A DNA stretch of 64,000 bases from Podarcis liolepis (lineage: Eukaryota). The DNA lies in assembly GCA_965112155.1 (NCBI GenBank), contig OZ218102.1, one strand, 5' to 3'. Positions 1 to 12,720 of this stretch are shown here, one piece after another. The notes below the pieces were generated by a model. It did no database searches, was not told where the DNA came from, and worked only from the letters and a program-made list of their open reading frames with translations. Within the stretch, counting starts at the first letter, position 1; each line of letters starts with the position of its first letter. The translations under genes and the position numbers were made by a program.

Positions 1-1512
1 AGTACCTCAAACACGAAGCAGTAAGTGTTTGACATTGTAGCAAATAATTATGGAATAAGCTCGAAGCAGCAAAAATCATCCAGACTACACAGACATTCAT
101 AGATGCAAAACTCAGTTACTAGCTTTGATGATTTGCACAAATCTTAGAAATAAATCCAGCACAACAAAAACACAGGGCAGTAGTCAACTAAACAGTCCAG
201 TCAGCGCAAGGATGACCACTACTGCAACGGTACTACGCCACACCCCCACACCACTCCTGGATATGCTCCAGAATGTTGGGGGGGGGGGAACAACAGTCCA
301 TTGTACAAGGAAAAATCCTTGCGCTGACAGAACTGTAGCCTTAGAGCCACACTGAATACAACCCACAATTCAAAAAATGTATTTTAAAATACAGTTTCTC
401 CTGTACCAGAGACACATGACAGATACAATATACAGTTTGTAATTACACACATCTTCCATTAGACAGTTCTACTTCCACATCAGAAGGGCATCACGTTAAT
501 CTCCTCTAGCAGAAACAGCATTTCCCCAATGCTAGATAAAGCTTAGCAGAGAATGCTTCGTTGGAACCAGTGTTGTATCGCCTAAAGTTGTGTCTGCAGT
601 TTTTGCTGCCACTGCTTGATCATAAGCAGTGGAAGCAAAGTTTGAAAAGATACTTTGATACTGCAGGGCATATGGTCCACACAATTCCTGAAACCATCCA
701 GATCCTGGAACAATAAATCACATTAGCAGTTGTGCTGGGCTGCTGTGTGGATCCTGCTGCTTATGCAGGTTCGGTTGAACTCTGCATGCCTCCAATCTGA
801 AACTGTTCTACATAAGAGGAGCCAATGGCCCATTTAGTCCGGCATCCTGCTCTCACAGTGGTCAAACAGATGGTTGGTTAAACAGAGCGGTCAAGCAGGC
901 TCTGAGCACAATAGCACTCTGTCCACCTGTGATTCACAGCAACTGTATTCAGAGGCACACTCCTTCTGACAGTGGGTGGAACATGACCATTGTGCCCAGT
1001 AGCTATTGACAGCCTTACGCGCCATGAATATCTCTAATCCTTTCTTAAAGCCATCTAAATTGGTGGCCACCACTGCCTCCTGGGGGAGTGGGTTCCATAG
1101 TTTAACTATACACTGGCCATAGTTTGCACCAGTGCAGACACTGCTGGCTCCAATGCCATGTATTTCCTCAGTTCACTCAAAACTGTATTTGAACCTTTAT
1201 GAAAGAAGGCCAGAATATTGATATCTTTCAAGTAACAGTATTCAGAAGTTCAAATCATATAATTCAATGATTAACTGCAGGCCTTGTCTACAACTTGAGA
1301 AGGCTTGGTTTGTGGATTTTAAAAGGCTTGGGTTCTGGACAAAGAGTTTTCCTGTCTGATCTGACCCTGCTAGCCCACAGCTGTAAAATACTCTTGTTAC
1401 TCTGTCTAAAGCCACCTAGAACGGAGAGTACGCAGACCAGCTCCAAGCACAGTCAGCACAGACGGCCATGCAAATGCAGATGGCTATTCTTGGTAAGTCG
1501 CTCATGAAGTAC

Positions 1513-1643
1513 CTTGAGGTCTCTCCGTTCAAGATGCAGGAGCTCAGAGCCCCGGACGTCATGCCGGATGAAGATATCCTTATACTCACAAAGACTGAGG
1601 TGCTCAAGCCAGGCCGCAACCTCCTCCGTTCCCCAGAGGTGAA
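1513..1643 (-). CDS. DGKD: DGKD exon 29 (SAM domain)
   Basis: 131 nt, [44 protein letters not shown]. Confidence 0.96.
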
Positions 1644-3002
1644 CTGTCAGAGATGGAAAAGCAGGAGTGTGTTGAGTACCCAAAAGCCCAGAGGAGAGAA
1701 AAAGGTGATCACCAGCAAACACCGAAGCAGATCAAAAAGAGAAGGGGAAACAATACTAAACCTCACAGTAGAAGGAATGATAAGTGATTCAACAATTGCA
1801 GAGCAAGAGAAAGGAAGCAAGATTACAAGCCAAGACGTGGTTTTAAATGGAGGCTGAATGTAGTGGAAGCTGTTTTTACCTAGGACTGATTTTATGCTAC
1901 TGATAGTATGCCTGAATGGACACTTGCCACACAGTCTGACCAGCAACTTAACAGGATAAAATGTGTGAATGTGCACTAAACTATCAAGTAATTCAGCTAA
2001 GGTGAATATCAGTTTGCCACAAGACAAATCTGGACATTCACAGACATAGTGCAAAATCCCATCTTTAAAAATGTGTGCCCTGCACCTTTGGGTCTGTTCA
2101 AATTGATACAAAAACATACACCCTGGATTTTCTATGCACAGTGAAAACAGAACCTGGTTTCAGGCTTATGCAACTTCTTCCCTGCCTTCCTCCCCTAACC
2201 TGCATGGAACGCAATGCCCAAATGGGAAAAAACCCTCAAATTATAGTATAAGATATGGAGAAGGGGAGCAGAACTAGACTCAAGAAAGTAAGAAAAGCCC
2301 TGCTGGACCAAGTCAAAGGTCCATCTGGTCCAGCATCCTGTTTTCACAAGGGCAAATGAATGGGAAGCCTGCAAGCAGGACCTGAGGGCAACAGCACTCT
2401 CCACACTTGTGGTCCCCAGAGACAGGTATTCAGAGGCATCCTCCATGAATTTGTCTAATGCTCTTTTAAAGTTGATGTCTACAGTACATCTTGTGGAAGT
2501 GATCTCCGTAGTTGTGCTATGTGAAGAAGTACTTCCTTTTGTTTGTCCTGAATTTTTCAACACCCAGGTGACCCATAGTTCTAGAATCCACTTTCTGCAC
2601 ATCATGTATAATCAAATATTGCACACTGTTATCATATATATCCTGTTACTCGCCTTTTCTGTAAACTAACTTTTTTTAAAAAAAAGTTTACCTTTATCCA
2701 GTCATCCTGGGCCATAGTGGCTGTGCTTGGGTTATTCTATTTTAGCTTAACAAGCTGGGATAAGAAAAAGTCTATTGTCCATGAATATAGCCCCTTCCCC
2801 TTCCTTTTCAACAAGCCAGGATCTTAAACCAATTTCATACTATGGTTCAGATCCTGACTTGTTCCAGAGATAGTAACTATAGTTTCCTGGTTAGAACAGA
2901 TGCTTCCTAATTAGAAGCTACAGTCAACTGGAGACTTGGGTATATTATTCTGGTGTGCTGTGAAGGGAGAAGTGAAGGGACTGCATGCACGGGGAAAGGG
3001 AC

Positions 3003-3005
<3 letters not shown>

Positions 3006-3071
<66 letters not shown>
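3006..3071. repeat. (CT)n(CA)n compound microsatellite
   Basis: Direct read. Confidence 0.95.
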
Positions 3072-4091
3072 CTCTTATTAAGACAAGATACAATAGTGAG
3101 AACCCAATCCATCTGTTCCCTAATACCATGCCCATGAATAAAGGAAATAGAAACCCTGATACTTTTGTCACTTCTTTTCAAGGCAGTAAGCCTTGTTGCA
3201 CATATTCTTGGTTAGCAAACTCATTTGCGTCCCTTATAGGCACAGTGGCAATGCCTTTTTGTTCCTCTAAAGGGAAAGAAGCTTTGTCATGATCACACAC
3301 AGCCTCTCCACTAGCCTCGAAATAAGAGAAGAGCAAATAGAACCTTAAAGTCCAGAGGAAAGCGAGACAATACGGATATGCCACAAAATTAATGGGAGAG
3401 AGGATGGTACTATTAGCACCATGGAACCAACAGAATTTACAGATGTAAAAGCCAGAATGTTTTCATAAGAAAGAATATAAGTCAACAAATCAACTAAACC
3501 AGCTAGAAAGGAAGTACTCTGATACCATTTGAATTATTGATTTCAAGGGGCTATTTTTAATATCATACTAATCAATAAGGATTAAAGCTAGGGATGCACC
3601 AGTGATGATGCAGAATTCCCAGACATTTAGACATGAGGACTTGATTGAAGACTGAGAGTGAATCAATGAGAGAAAATCATTAACCAAATCAGTGAGTATT
3701 AGCAGTGGGAGATCTGGAGTTATGCGGACTTGGGCTCCACAGTCCTTTTGCTATCTAAAACTACAAATCCTTGAATGAATTGCCTTTGAAAGTCACTGAA
3801 GGTCTCTTTGAAGGATGTTCTCAGTTATTTTTATATATTTTAGTGCTGTACGACTTCTAGGAGAGAACCCAGCAAGTGTGTTATTTTTGCTAAGGGGAAA
3901 ATACTGCTATGGGAATAGATAAAATAAATGAAAGGGTCAAACACAAAAGAGTGTGGGAGGAGAAGTAGGGAGTGTTCAGAGAGAGGCAGAAGAGAAGTGG
4001 TTTTGCATTTAGTGGGGGCGCAGATGTGCAGGTGCACATATGGCTACATGTGTGAAGAAGGGCGAAGAGGAAATACACAGACTGGCGGTAC

Positions 4092-4209
4092 CCGGCAATC
4101 CCAAGCTGCTACGTGTTTCTTTATTCTTGTTGTTCTTCTCCTTCTTAAACTTTGTCACCAGACGAAATTTGCCGCTCCGGCTGCGTTTAGAATAATCCAG
4201 CATTTGGTT
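4092..4209 (-). CDS. DGKD: DGKD exon 28
   Basis: 118 nt, [39 protein letters not shown]. Confidence 0.94.
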
Positions 4210-4474
4210 CTGCAGGGCGGGGAAAATAACAATATAGATATTTCATGATAAGGAATGTGTATGAGTAAGGTTTTTTTTAGGAGAGAAGTGAAAAATTGCC
4301 ATCTCAGCTAATTAAGTTTAATTCAATTTAGTTACATTAATTTTATTTAGATTAGCTCAGGATGCTTTGAAAGAGGAATGAATCAAGCCGATTACTCTCA
4401 CATTCCTGTGCTATCCCAGTAACAAATCACAACGAAAGGCTCCCAATAGCTCTACCCTCCTCATCTGATGTTAC

Positions 4475-4594
4475 CTCTTCATCACAGGGTTCCATTAGCT
4501 GCCACAGCCAAGGAATGTCTGCTAGCTTCCTCATATGAAAGTCCATTTCTGCCAGCGCTGCTAGGAGCTGCTCCTTCTGTGGGGGATCCAACTG
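4475..4594 (-). CDS. DGKD: DGKD exon 27
   Basis: 120 nt, [40 protein letters not shown]; CAGCAG tandem acceptor. Confidence 0.94.
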
Positions 4595-5740
4595 CTGCAT
4601 CAGAAATAAAGCACACAAGCACACCTAAGAGCTGCACAGCTTAATGGAGATCTAACCACCATCAAGACAACCAGAGAGTCCCCAAGTAACTGTAATTTCC
4701 TATTTTGTCTAAACAAGGGAAAATATGGTTACCAGATTCAAATAGCCAGGATTTTATACCAACTTCAAGATCTGGCTTGTTCCAAAGTTGGTAACTATAG
4801 TTTCCTGGTTTAAACGAAACAAGGAACTATAATTTAATTGCATCTTGTGTGAAGGAAGGACTGAAGGAGCTCTGTGCACAGGCAAAAACCTTATTCACAT
4901 CTTAGCCAAGATATGATTGTCCAAATGTTAACACACGTCCTCGTGCTGTAATTTGGCTTTTAAAAAAGCCACCCTTCTACTTTGTCAAGCCCAATTACAA
5001 TGGAGATGTTATTTTGCTGGGTGGAGGGGTGCTGCAGCAGCTGGGTTTGACTTTCCCTTCCCCAGCTGTCATCCCTTCTTCTGGACAAAAGACACTTCTG
5101 CCACAATTAGGCTTGGAAGAAGCTTTCTTTTGTTCCAATAGAAGCCTAATTGTTGCAGGGTGTGTGATCTTCCTGGAGATTGGAGTGGAGGAAAGGTTAA
5201 CTCTGGACTTCTCAGCTGCACTGTCCAAGAAGATCACTCCTCCACTACACTACATTTTGCAGAATACACACCCATTGAACCTAACTTCTGGCAATGGGAG
5301 GAATACATGTTGTTCCAATGTGTGTGTGGTGTGTACACAGTTTCTATGGTTTTCAAACGTGCCCATGGCCCAAAAGGGTTAGCAATGAAACACATTTTTG
5401 TTTATTGAATATCCAGGCAAACTATTATTCTAAATAACTGCTGTTATTTTTCTTCTGACAAATGGAATTATATTTCTAGAATATATTGGTATCTATTCTT
5501 CTAAAGAGCTCTAGCATGTGCTGGCTGCATCATGGAAGATAAAACCATGGATCTAATGTTGCTAAATTGCAGAAATAGGAAACAACAATATTTAGGGACT
5601 GGATGAGGGAGGTAAAGGCACTGTCAACTGTGTGAGTGCCTAGCTGTGGACTTGAAAAAACAGGGAGAATTATGTTCTCAGCAAGGGCAAAAAAGTAACA
5701 GAAATAACTAATAACACCTTTCCTAACATTTATCCCTTAC

Positions 5741-5833
5741 CAGGGCCATTTTGCCAGCCAGGAGCAGTTCTGTTTCATTATGCAGGGCTTTAATATTATT
5801 CGCCATCTCTACAACAAGGTTGCAGCTCAGGCC
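5741..5833 (-). CDS. DGKD: DGKD exon 26
   Basis: 93 nt, [31 protein letters not shown]. Confidence 0.95.
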
Positions 5834-5963
5834 CTGTGGAAAGACAATAAGCGTAAGGACTGGAAGTCTGAAACTCCAAACCAATATAAAACTAAATAAA
5901 ATAGTCACAGAGCCCAAGCTACAGGAACAAGTTGGGTTCAGGCAAAGAGAAACCCGCCCATAC

Positions 5964-6075
5964 CTCTGTAGACTTGGACTTGGCATATACTTTGTCCATA
6001 GACTTGGAGCTAGCATTGACTGCATGAGCAAGTTCTTGTTCCATGTCCTGGTACGACTGAGCTATTTCCCGAATG
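5964..6075 (-). CDS. DGKD: DGKD exon 25
   Basis: 112 nt, [37 protein letters not shown]. Confidence 0.95.
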
Positions 6076-6191
6076 CTGTGGGTGGGAAGGGGAGAGGTGA
6101 AGAAAGCAATAGCATAAACTTTCTGGACTGTTGTCTCATTCTGGCACCACCACCTCCAAATGAACCCGAGAAAAAAAGAAAATGGCCTCAC

Positions 6192-6343
6192 CTGTGAATC
6201 AGAGTGCCTGCTGCTTGGCAAAACTGATTGATCTGGGTGGACTCTTCTTCAGATATAATCTCTGGATGCAGGGAGAAAGAAGCAGGGCGGGGCAGCTCAC
6301 ATTTTTGTTTGTCTTCCCAGGACTTTAGGGTGCTCTCAAATGC
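6192..6343 (-). CDS. DGKD: DGKD exon 24
   Basis: 152 nt, [50 protein letters not shown]. Confidence 0.95.
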
Positions 6344-6621
6344 CTGGAAAAAAGGAAGGGAGGCTATCACTATTCCATGCCATCCGTGATTATTTAGGAG
6401 AAACTTATATCTTTATATTACACTTTCTGCATGCACAGAAACATTCCCCCCCCCACCTCTGTAAAATCTATCATGATTTTATTTACCAGATTTTTAGACC
6501 AACCTTCATCACATGTAGTGATCTCAGGGTAGTTTCTAAAATAACTTATTCCATTCAGCACAAATATATCACATTCAAGAACAATAATATGCAATGCTTA
6601 AAACCAATCATTAATAAAATA

Positions 6622-7615
6622 CAGTGGTACCCCGCAAGACGAACGCCTCGCAAGACGGAAAACCCACTAGACGAAAGGGTTTTCCGTTTTGGAGGCGCTT
6701 CGCAAAACAAATTTCCCTATGGGCTTGCTTCGCAAGACGACAGCCCATAGGGAAATCTCAGGGACAGCGGGGAAGCGCAGCGCGTCTTCCCCACTGTCCT
6801 CGGACCTCCTCCGAAGCCTGGCGGCGGGGCGGGGACACCTCCTCCCGCCGCCGGGCTTCGGAAGACTCCTCCGAAGCCGGGCGGCGGGGCGGGAACACCT
6901 CCCGCCGCCGCCCGGCTTCGGAACGGTGCTCCGAAGCCGGGCGGGGGGGAGGGAACACCTCCCACTGCCGCCCGGCTTCGGAACGGTGCTCCGAAGCCGG
7001 GCGGGGGGGAGGGAACACCTCCTCCCGCCGCCTGGCTTCGGAACGGTGCTCCAAAGCCGGGCGGCGGGGCGGGAACACCTTCTGAAGGCGGGCGGGGGGC
7101 GAAAGTCTTTGCTCCCCCCTGCCTGCCTGTCCCGGAGGGCTTTTGAAGGCAGGCGGGGGGGGAGCAAAGACTTTCGCCCCCCGCCCGCCTTCAGAAGAGG
7201 TCCAGGACCTCTTCTGAAGGATGGCGGGGGGCGAAAGTCTTTGTCCCCCCTGCCTGCCTTTCCAGGGGCTTTTAAATCGCCCCGGACAGCGGAGAAGTCC
7301 TCCGCTGTCCCGGGGCGATTTTAAAATGCCGCCCGCCAGCATTTTAAGATCGCCCAGACAGCGGAGAAGTCCTCCGCTGTCCCGGGGTTTTTTAAAATGC
7401 TGGGGGTGGGAAGAAAAGCCCTTGTTCCCCCCCCAGCCTTCAGAAGAGGTCCGGGGACAGACTGTCCCCGGACCTGGTCTGAAGGCGGTTTCCCTAGGAA
7501 CGCATTAATTGATTTTCAATGCATTCCTATGGGAAACCGTGCATCGCAAGACGAAAAACTCGCAAGACGAAGAGACTTGCGGAACGAATTAATTTCGTCT
7601 TGCGAGGCACCACTG
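6622..7615. mobile_element. Non-autonomous Tc1/mariner (pogo/Tigger-like) element with internal GC-rich ~60-bp tandem repeats
   Basis: TIRs CAGTGGT(A/G)CC(C/T)CGCAAGACGAA, TA on both sides. Confidence 0.9.
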
Positions 7616-7940
7616 TACTACAGGAAAATCCTAAAATATTAGACAGCATCCACTAATTTCCCTTAAAGGCCTGGGAGAACAGATAAGCTTCCATTACCAA
7701 GTGAGAACATAGCAAAACTGTTTCCATCTACACTTCCATGGGAAGGGAATCACACAATCACGGTCCTCTCCCTCAGTATCACACAGCAGGCTAAGCCCAC
7801 TGGCAGGATGACAAGAGCAGCCCTCCCAACCACAGAGTCCAGGACTGACAATATTCCACATCAGCCTTGGAGTGGAGGAGCTCAGATTTCTCTTTTGCTT
7901 GGCAGGTTCATCTCTCAATGTATAAGAAGGTTCCTCTTAC

Positions 7941-8075
7941 CCTATCTCTGGTTAGTGTCTGTGCCCTGTTTTTATGAACAATCCAAATATATCCTGGAGG
8001 TTGGATCCAGGCCTCTCCATCAACTTGCACAGGAACTCCTTCGTCTCCCAAGATTGCTATCTTCACTGTCCGACA
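7941..8075 (-). CDS. DGKD: DGKD exon 23
   Basis: 135 nt, [45 protein letters not shown]. Confidence 0.96.
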
Positions 8076-8413
8076 CTATGAGAAATCCTTGTGTTAAACG
8101 TATCCTAAATCATACAGCATGTCATGTTTTGTTTACAGCAGCCCAAGTATCTCCCCTATGTCCCACAGTAACTAACAGTTTCCCCAGCTTGTTTCCTCTG
8201 GTGCTGCTAGAAGAGAAATTTAATTTGTAAGTTCTACCCAGCTCAGTGCAATATTGAGAAACCAGTCTATGCTGAATGCTGTTGATCACTGCCTTTATTA
8301 GCCTTGAACCTTATATCAACCACTGAATGCAGAGTTATAGGCTATAGGCTTTATAAAACAGGCAACAACTCTTTGGTTCTCTCAAAGAAAAACAGGTAAT
8401 ATGCAAAATCTCC

Positions 8414-9027
8414 TGTGGACCACAAGCTGAACAGTAAGCAGCACGGACTGGCTAGATGCACCAGCAGGGGAACCCAAAAGGAAACCCAAGGAAGAAGGTT
8501 CAGAGCCAGGGGATTGGTGGTGGGACAACAATGAGTGGTCAGAGGGAGAAGAAGGGGCAGACTAGGAGGAGGAGGTGTCAGAAGCTGAAAAGTCAACAGG
8601 GTTTAGTGTGCAGGAAGAGGCTTGGGCAGATCAGTCCAGAATCAGAGGCAGGAGAGGCGGAGGGCCAGGAGACAGAGATGAGGCAGGCTGCTGAAGAATC
8701 CAGGGAGTTTCTCTCTCCTGCTGCGACCAGCTCCCCTCCCCTCTGGTCTCCCAGAACACATAGAGGAATGAAGAGAGTGGAGCAATGAGAGAATAGATGA
8801 AGGAGCCTGAGATTTCTTTGGAAAGACCCAAGGGAGGAAGAGTCTTAAGGAGCAGTGGAAAGACTGGGACCTTCAGTCCTCACAACTCCCTCCTTGGGGC
8901 AAGACCTACTGGGAAGAGTTGCTGTGATCACCAAGCCTGCACTCTTTTGCTTTCTTTGAATAAAGAGCTAACTTCACTGACACTGGGTGTTTTATTGCTG
9001 ACCTATGCCTGACTCCAGCTCCCAACA
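8414..9027 (+). mobile_element. Solo-LTR-like repeat
   Basis: TG...CA ends, purine-rich body, AATAAA at 8959; no TSD found, left boundary approximate. Confidence 0.6.
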
Positions 9028-9032
9028 GATAC

Positions 9033-9146
9033 CTGGGCAATTCGGTGATGCTGTAGGTTAATCACACGTGAGACAGCCATTTGCATACTACCAAACACTG
9101 CTACCACTTCCAGGATCTTGTCATCGAAAGAAGGAGCTGTAAATGT
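9033..9146 (-). CDS. DGKD: DGKD exon 22
   Basis: 114 nt, [38 protein letters not shown]. Confidence 0.96.
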
Positions 9147-9748
9147 CTAAGAGAAACAAAGAAAGAGAAACTAATCCAGCTTGACCTTCAGTTATAGTGG
9201 CCTCCTTTGCTTCTCACTAATGTCAGGGCAAGATACAGCTATATGTCCTCCTGATATCCCTCTCTTCCCACACCCCATCCTGGTTGCTGCTAGTATAGTA
9301 ATAAATCAAGTAGTGTTGCTGCCTGGTGGAGAATAATAATAGTGGAGTACAACGAACATATCAGCATTAAAAACCAGGAGACCTTTGGCTGGACTGGTGA
9401 ATATATTCCCCTCAATCTGACTCATCTTGTGGAGGCAAGTGAGAGTGTGCCTGTATATCCCAGGATCATCTGCCCCAACTCTGATGACATCTGTGGATGT
9501 TCCACACACTGAATTACTGCATATTCATATAGGGCAAAATCGTGCAACCAATTCCTCAGGAGAAAAACAACATTTGTGCAATCTTAGCCCATCACCATAG
9601 ATAACATTACAATGTGGCACTCATATTAAAACAAACATGTATCTAAAACCATCTAGCTATGAGTGTTTCATCTGAAGGTTTTTGGTACAAAGAAGAATAA
9701 ATGGAAGGTGAATGACACCTTCATTTGCAGAAAAATTAAAGTACTCAC

Positions 9749-9856
9749 ATCATCTTCCTTTGTGCCCCCCCAGAAGTTGGTGCCTCCTGCATAGCTGGGA
9801 ATGTTGAGTACGGCAATTCCCTGAAGACTGGGCAAAGGAATTGGACGTCCATCACA
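9749..9856 (-). CDS. DGKD: DGKD exon 21
   Basis: 108 nt, [36 protein letters not shown]. Confidence 0.96.
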
Positions 9857-10850
9857 CTGCATGATATAAATAAAATTGTTTGTAGTATGTAAGATTCCAC
9901 AGGTTTCAAGGATCAGTAGGTTACTAGCCTTTAAAATTGCTTAAGAGATTAGCAATTAATCAGAGTTTATCTCAGGGTGAGAAACCTCTTACAGACACAG
10001 GACCTTGTTTTCTCTTGGCCAACCTTCCAAGGGCTGCATGGCTTCTGTTGCTTAGACAAAAGTGGGTGTGGTCAAACCTCCCTCAATGCATAGGTATATA
10101 CACACACAAAGTGCACATGCCCACACATACCACCCCCTGCCCCCCAGCAATTAGACTTGAAAAAGCATGTATTTATTTAGAGCATTTGGAAGCTTTTTAA
10201 AGCTTAATAGCAAGGGGGAATATTGTTAGAAATTGCATCTGGGGGTGGTTATTCCCTCCATTCCCAGCTGTATTATTCAAGAAGAACCTTCCACCGGCAA
10301 CAATTAGACTTAAAAACCCCTTTTTGATTGCAGTCAACAGAAGACTTATTTCAGACCCAACTGCAGTTGGGGTAGGGTGATCTGGGGTTCACAACTGGAA
10401 AGGGATAATTAACTCTCCCCTCCTCAGCTGTGACCACCACTGTCAAAACAGTTCCTCCACCATTACAATTAAACTTGAAAGAAACCTTCTATTGTAGTGA
10501 ATAGAAAGGATTTTTAAAACCTAATTGCAGTATGGGGGTTTGGGTGTGTGGGTACACAGCTGGGAAGAGTTCACAAGCAACAGGGAGCCCCAGCTGATGA
10601 AGTATCAGGGCAAGTTAAACAACCAATCAACAAGAGGCTAAATAACACCCATTCAATTATTTAATTAAAGCAGCTCAGACTAGTTGCTGTGCTAGCAGAC
10701 AAATCCTGTAATAACTCATAACTCAGGAGCTAAGCTCTAGGCCTGGGAAGCAGGGAAGCATGAATCATACAAGTTAGGCTAATGGTGCATGATAGCAAAC
10801 AAATAATTTCATGTTTGCATAAACCAAGGAGGTTAAGGGCTACTCATTAC

Positions 10851-10947
10851 CTCTAGCAAAACTTTTTGTTCTAAGTTTTTGTAAGTTCTGTGTAGCAGCT
10901 CCTTTGTTCCAAGAACTCCGTACCACATCATGTTCTTCGTACGACTT
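10851..10947 (-). CDS. DGKD: DGKD exon 20
   Basis: 97 nt, [32 protein letters not shown]. Confidence 0.96.
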
Positions 10948-11503
10948 CTGAAAATGGAAAGCAAAGAATCAAGTGGTGCAATGGACCACAGATTGCACTG
11001 TAATTTATACTATGATGTTCAGATGAAACCTCGCTGCCTGAAAGAAAACAAAAGCCAGACACTGAAATATTTTATCCACTATCCTACAGCAAGAAGTATT
11101 AAAGGAGCAAAAAATGTGGTAAATTATAATTGGTTTCTCTGGAAAGAAATAACTTTGGGGAAAAAATTGTTGGACCTAGGAACATAAATCATCAAAGCAC
11201 TCAGCCTATGGTTTGAAGTTCTTTAGAAGTAAAAGTGGCCTTATAAGCACATCTGCCAAAGCAGTTGTGAAATAAAAGAAGTGCTGCATCCAATTCCTAT
11301 CAAAGCCTGCTTGTTATGAAGAAGATGAAGAAACAAATTACCCAGTATGCTGAAATTTCTTTTTAGTTAAATGCTACCATTGAATGGTGCATTGACACAG
11401 TCAAGTAGCTTGATGAAATGTGAAGGAGATTTATAACTGTAGTTGACACAACAGGATACAGATTTTTAAAATGTATAAAACAGCTCCACAAATGATTGAT
11501 TAC

Positions 11504-11614
11504 CTGCACTTTTCTGGATGCTCGTCACGCTTGTTGTTGAAGTCCAAAGAGATCTTTGCATCCAGTCCGATTCCAAAATAGTTATTCATCACACATTTCT
11601 CTACGTAACAATCA
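11504..11614 (-). CDS. DGKD: DGKD exon 19 (accessory DAGKa start)
   Basis: 111 nt, [36 protein letters not shown]. Confidence 0.96.
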
Positions 11615-11859
11615 CTATAAAGAGCAAGAGAGACACCTTTGATGTAAAGTGGTGGGATATTTCAGCATTCTCCATATGCCCCTGTGCCCAATATGGCCAC
11701 TGTATATGAATGAGCTGTCCACCTGTGCACTAGGAATAAAGCCTGTCAGAGGGGGCCTCTGGATTATGTCTCCTATTTCAATAACAAATGACTCAAGAAC
11801 CTAAAACAAAGAGAAGCAAAATAAAATTCCTTTCCATTTCCTTCTTGGGTACAAAAATA

Positions 11860-11992
11860 ACTGGATAGCTCAGTTGGTTAGAGTGTGGTGCTGATAATAC
11901 CAAGGTTGCAGGTTTGATCCCCGTATGGGACAGCTGCATATTCCTACACTGCAGGCGGGGAACTAGATGATCCTCAGGGTCTATGATTCTAG
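11860..11992 (+). mobile_element. tRNA-derived SINE with CR1-like tail
   Basis: A-box TAGCTCAGTTGG, degenerate B-box GGTTTGATCC, then GAACTAGATGATCCTCAGGGTC..ATGATTCTA. Confidence 0.8.
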
Positions 11993-12720
11993 GAAAAGTT
12001 TTAGAAACCTCTCAGCCAGAAGAACATAGCTAGCTTTCTCATCCCAACTAGAAATTTCTGTCACTTAAAAAACACTGAAACATATTACAGGCAACTCCTC
12101 ATATACATGCGCTCTATTTTGTGTCTTCTATTTGTGAAGAAGGTGCCCTCTTTGGGCTCTGGGGAGGGTCTCCGCACAAGCCAGAGGGGCAACAGGGCTT
12201 CCTCAACTGACATGCAGGGAAGTGGCAACTGTTGCTGTGCTATCCCTCACATCAGCTGCTAGGCGGTGAGGCTGAGCAGCTCCACAAAGCCCTGCTGTCC
12301 CTCCAGCTTGTGAGGAGACCCACCTTGGAGACCGAAGAGTCTCTGGGGTGGGTCTCCTCATGAGCCACAAGGACTCTCCAGGGTGCCCCCTATTATAGGC
12401 AGTTTTGTGTATGCTTGTCGGGGACTGGAACCGAACCCACACGTAATGTTTAATATGAGACCAGCCATCATGATGGAGGGAGACGTTACTAGAATTCAGA
12501 TAAGCATGTTAGTAAGTGAAGTCATCTCTTTTAAAAAACAGGACTGCTTTCAGTGTTACCACTTTCTGCAAAATCAAAATACTAGACAAGCTTCGTAGAG
12601 ACTGTCTTGCCTTGTCTACACTGTAAGAAAAATGTTCCACTTGCTGTTAAAATGATTTATTCCTCAGTAATACAGTGGCAAAGGGAATTCAATTCCCTTC
12701 ACTCTTATTTGAATACTCAC

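Noticed and set aside
341-401. Possible alternative last exon after a TACAG acceptor (EKLYFKIHF...*)
   Set aside because: No similarity to the expected DLGVTKVGHMKRIL terminus and only a modest acceptor; the real last exon is probably beyond the window.
1468-1857. 129-aa plus-strand ORF
   Set aside because: Antisense shadow of exon 29 and its polypyrimidine tract; no recognisable protein features.
6624-7342. Overlapping 150-210 aa ORFs on both strands
   Set aside because: Stop-poor GC-rich tandem repeats inside a MITE; repetitive translation in all frames.
11860-11935. tRNA-like sequence
   Set aside because: Degenerate B-box and fused to a CR1-type tail, so a SINE head rather than a tRNA gene.
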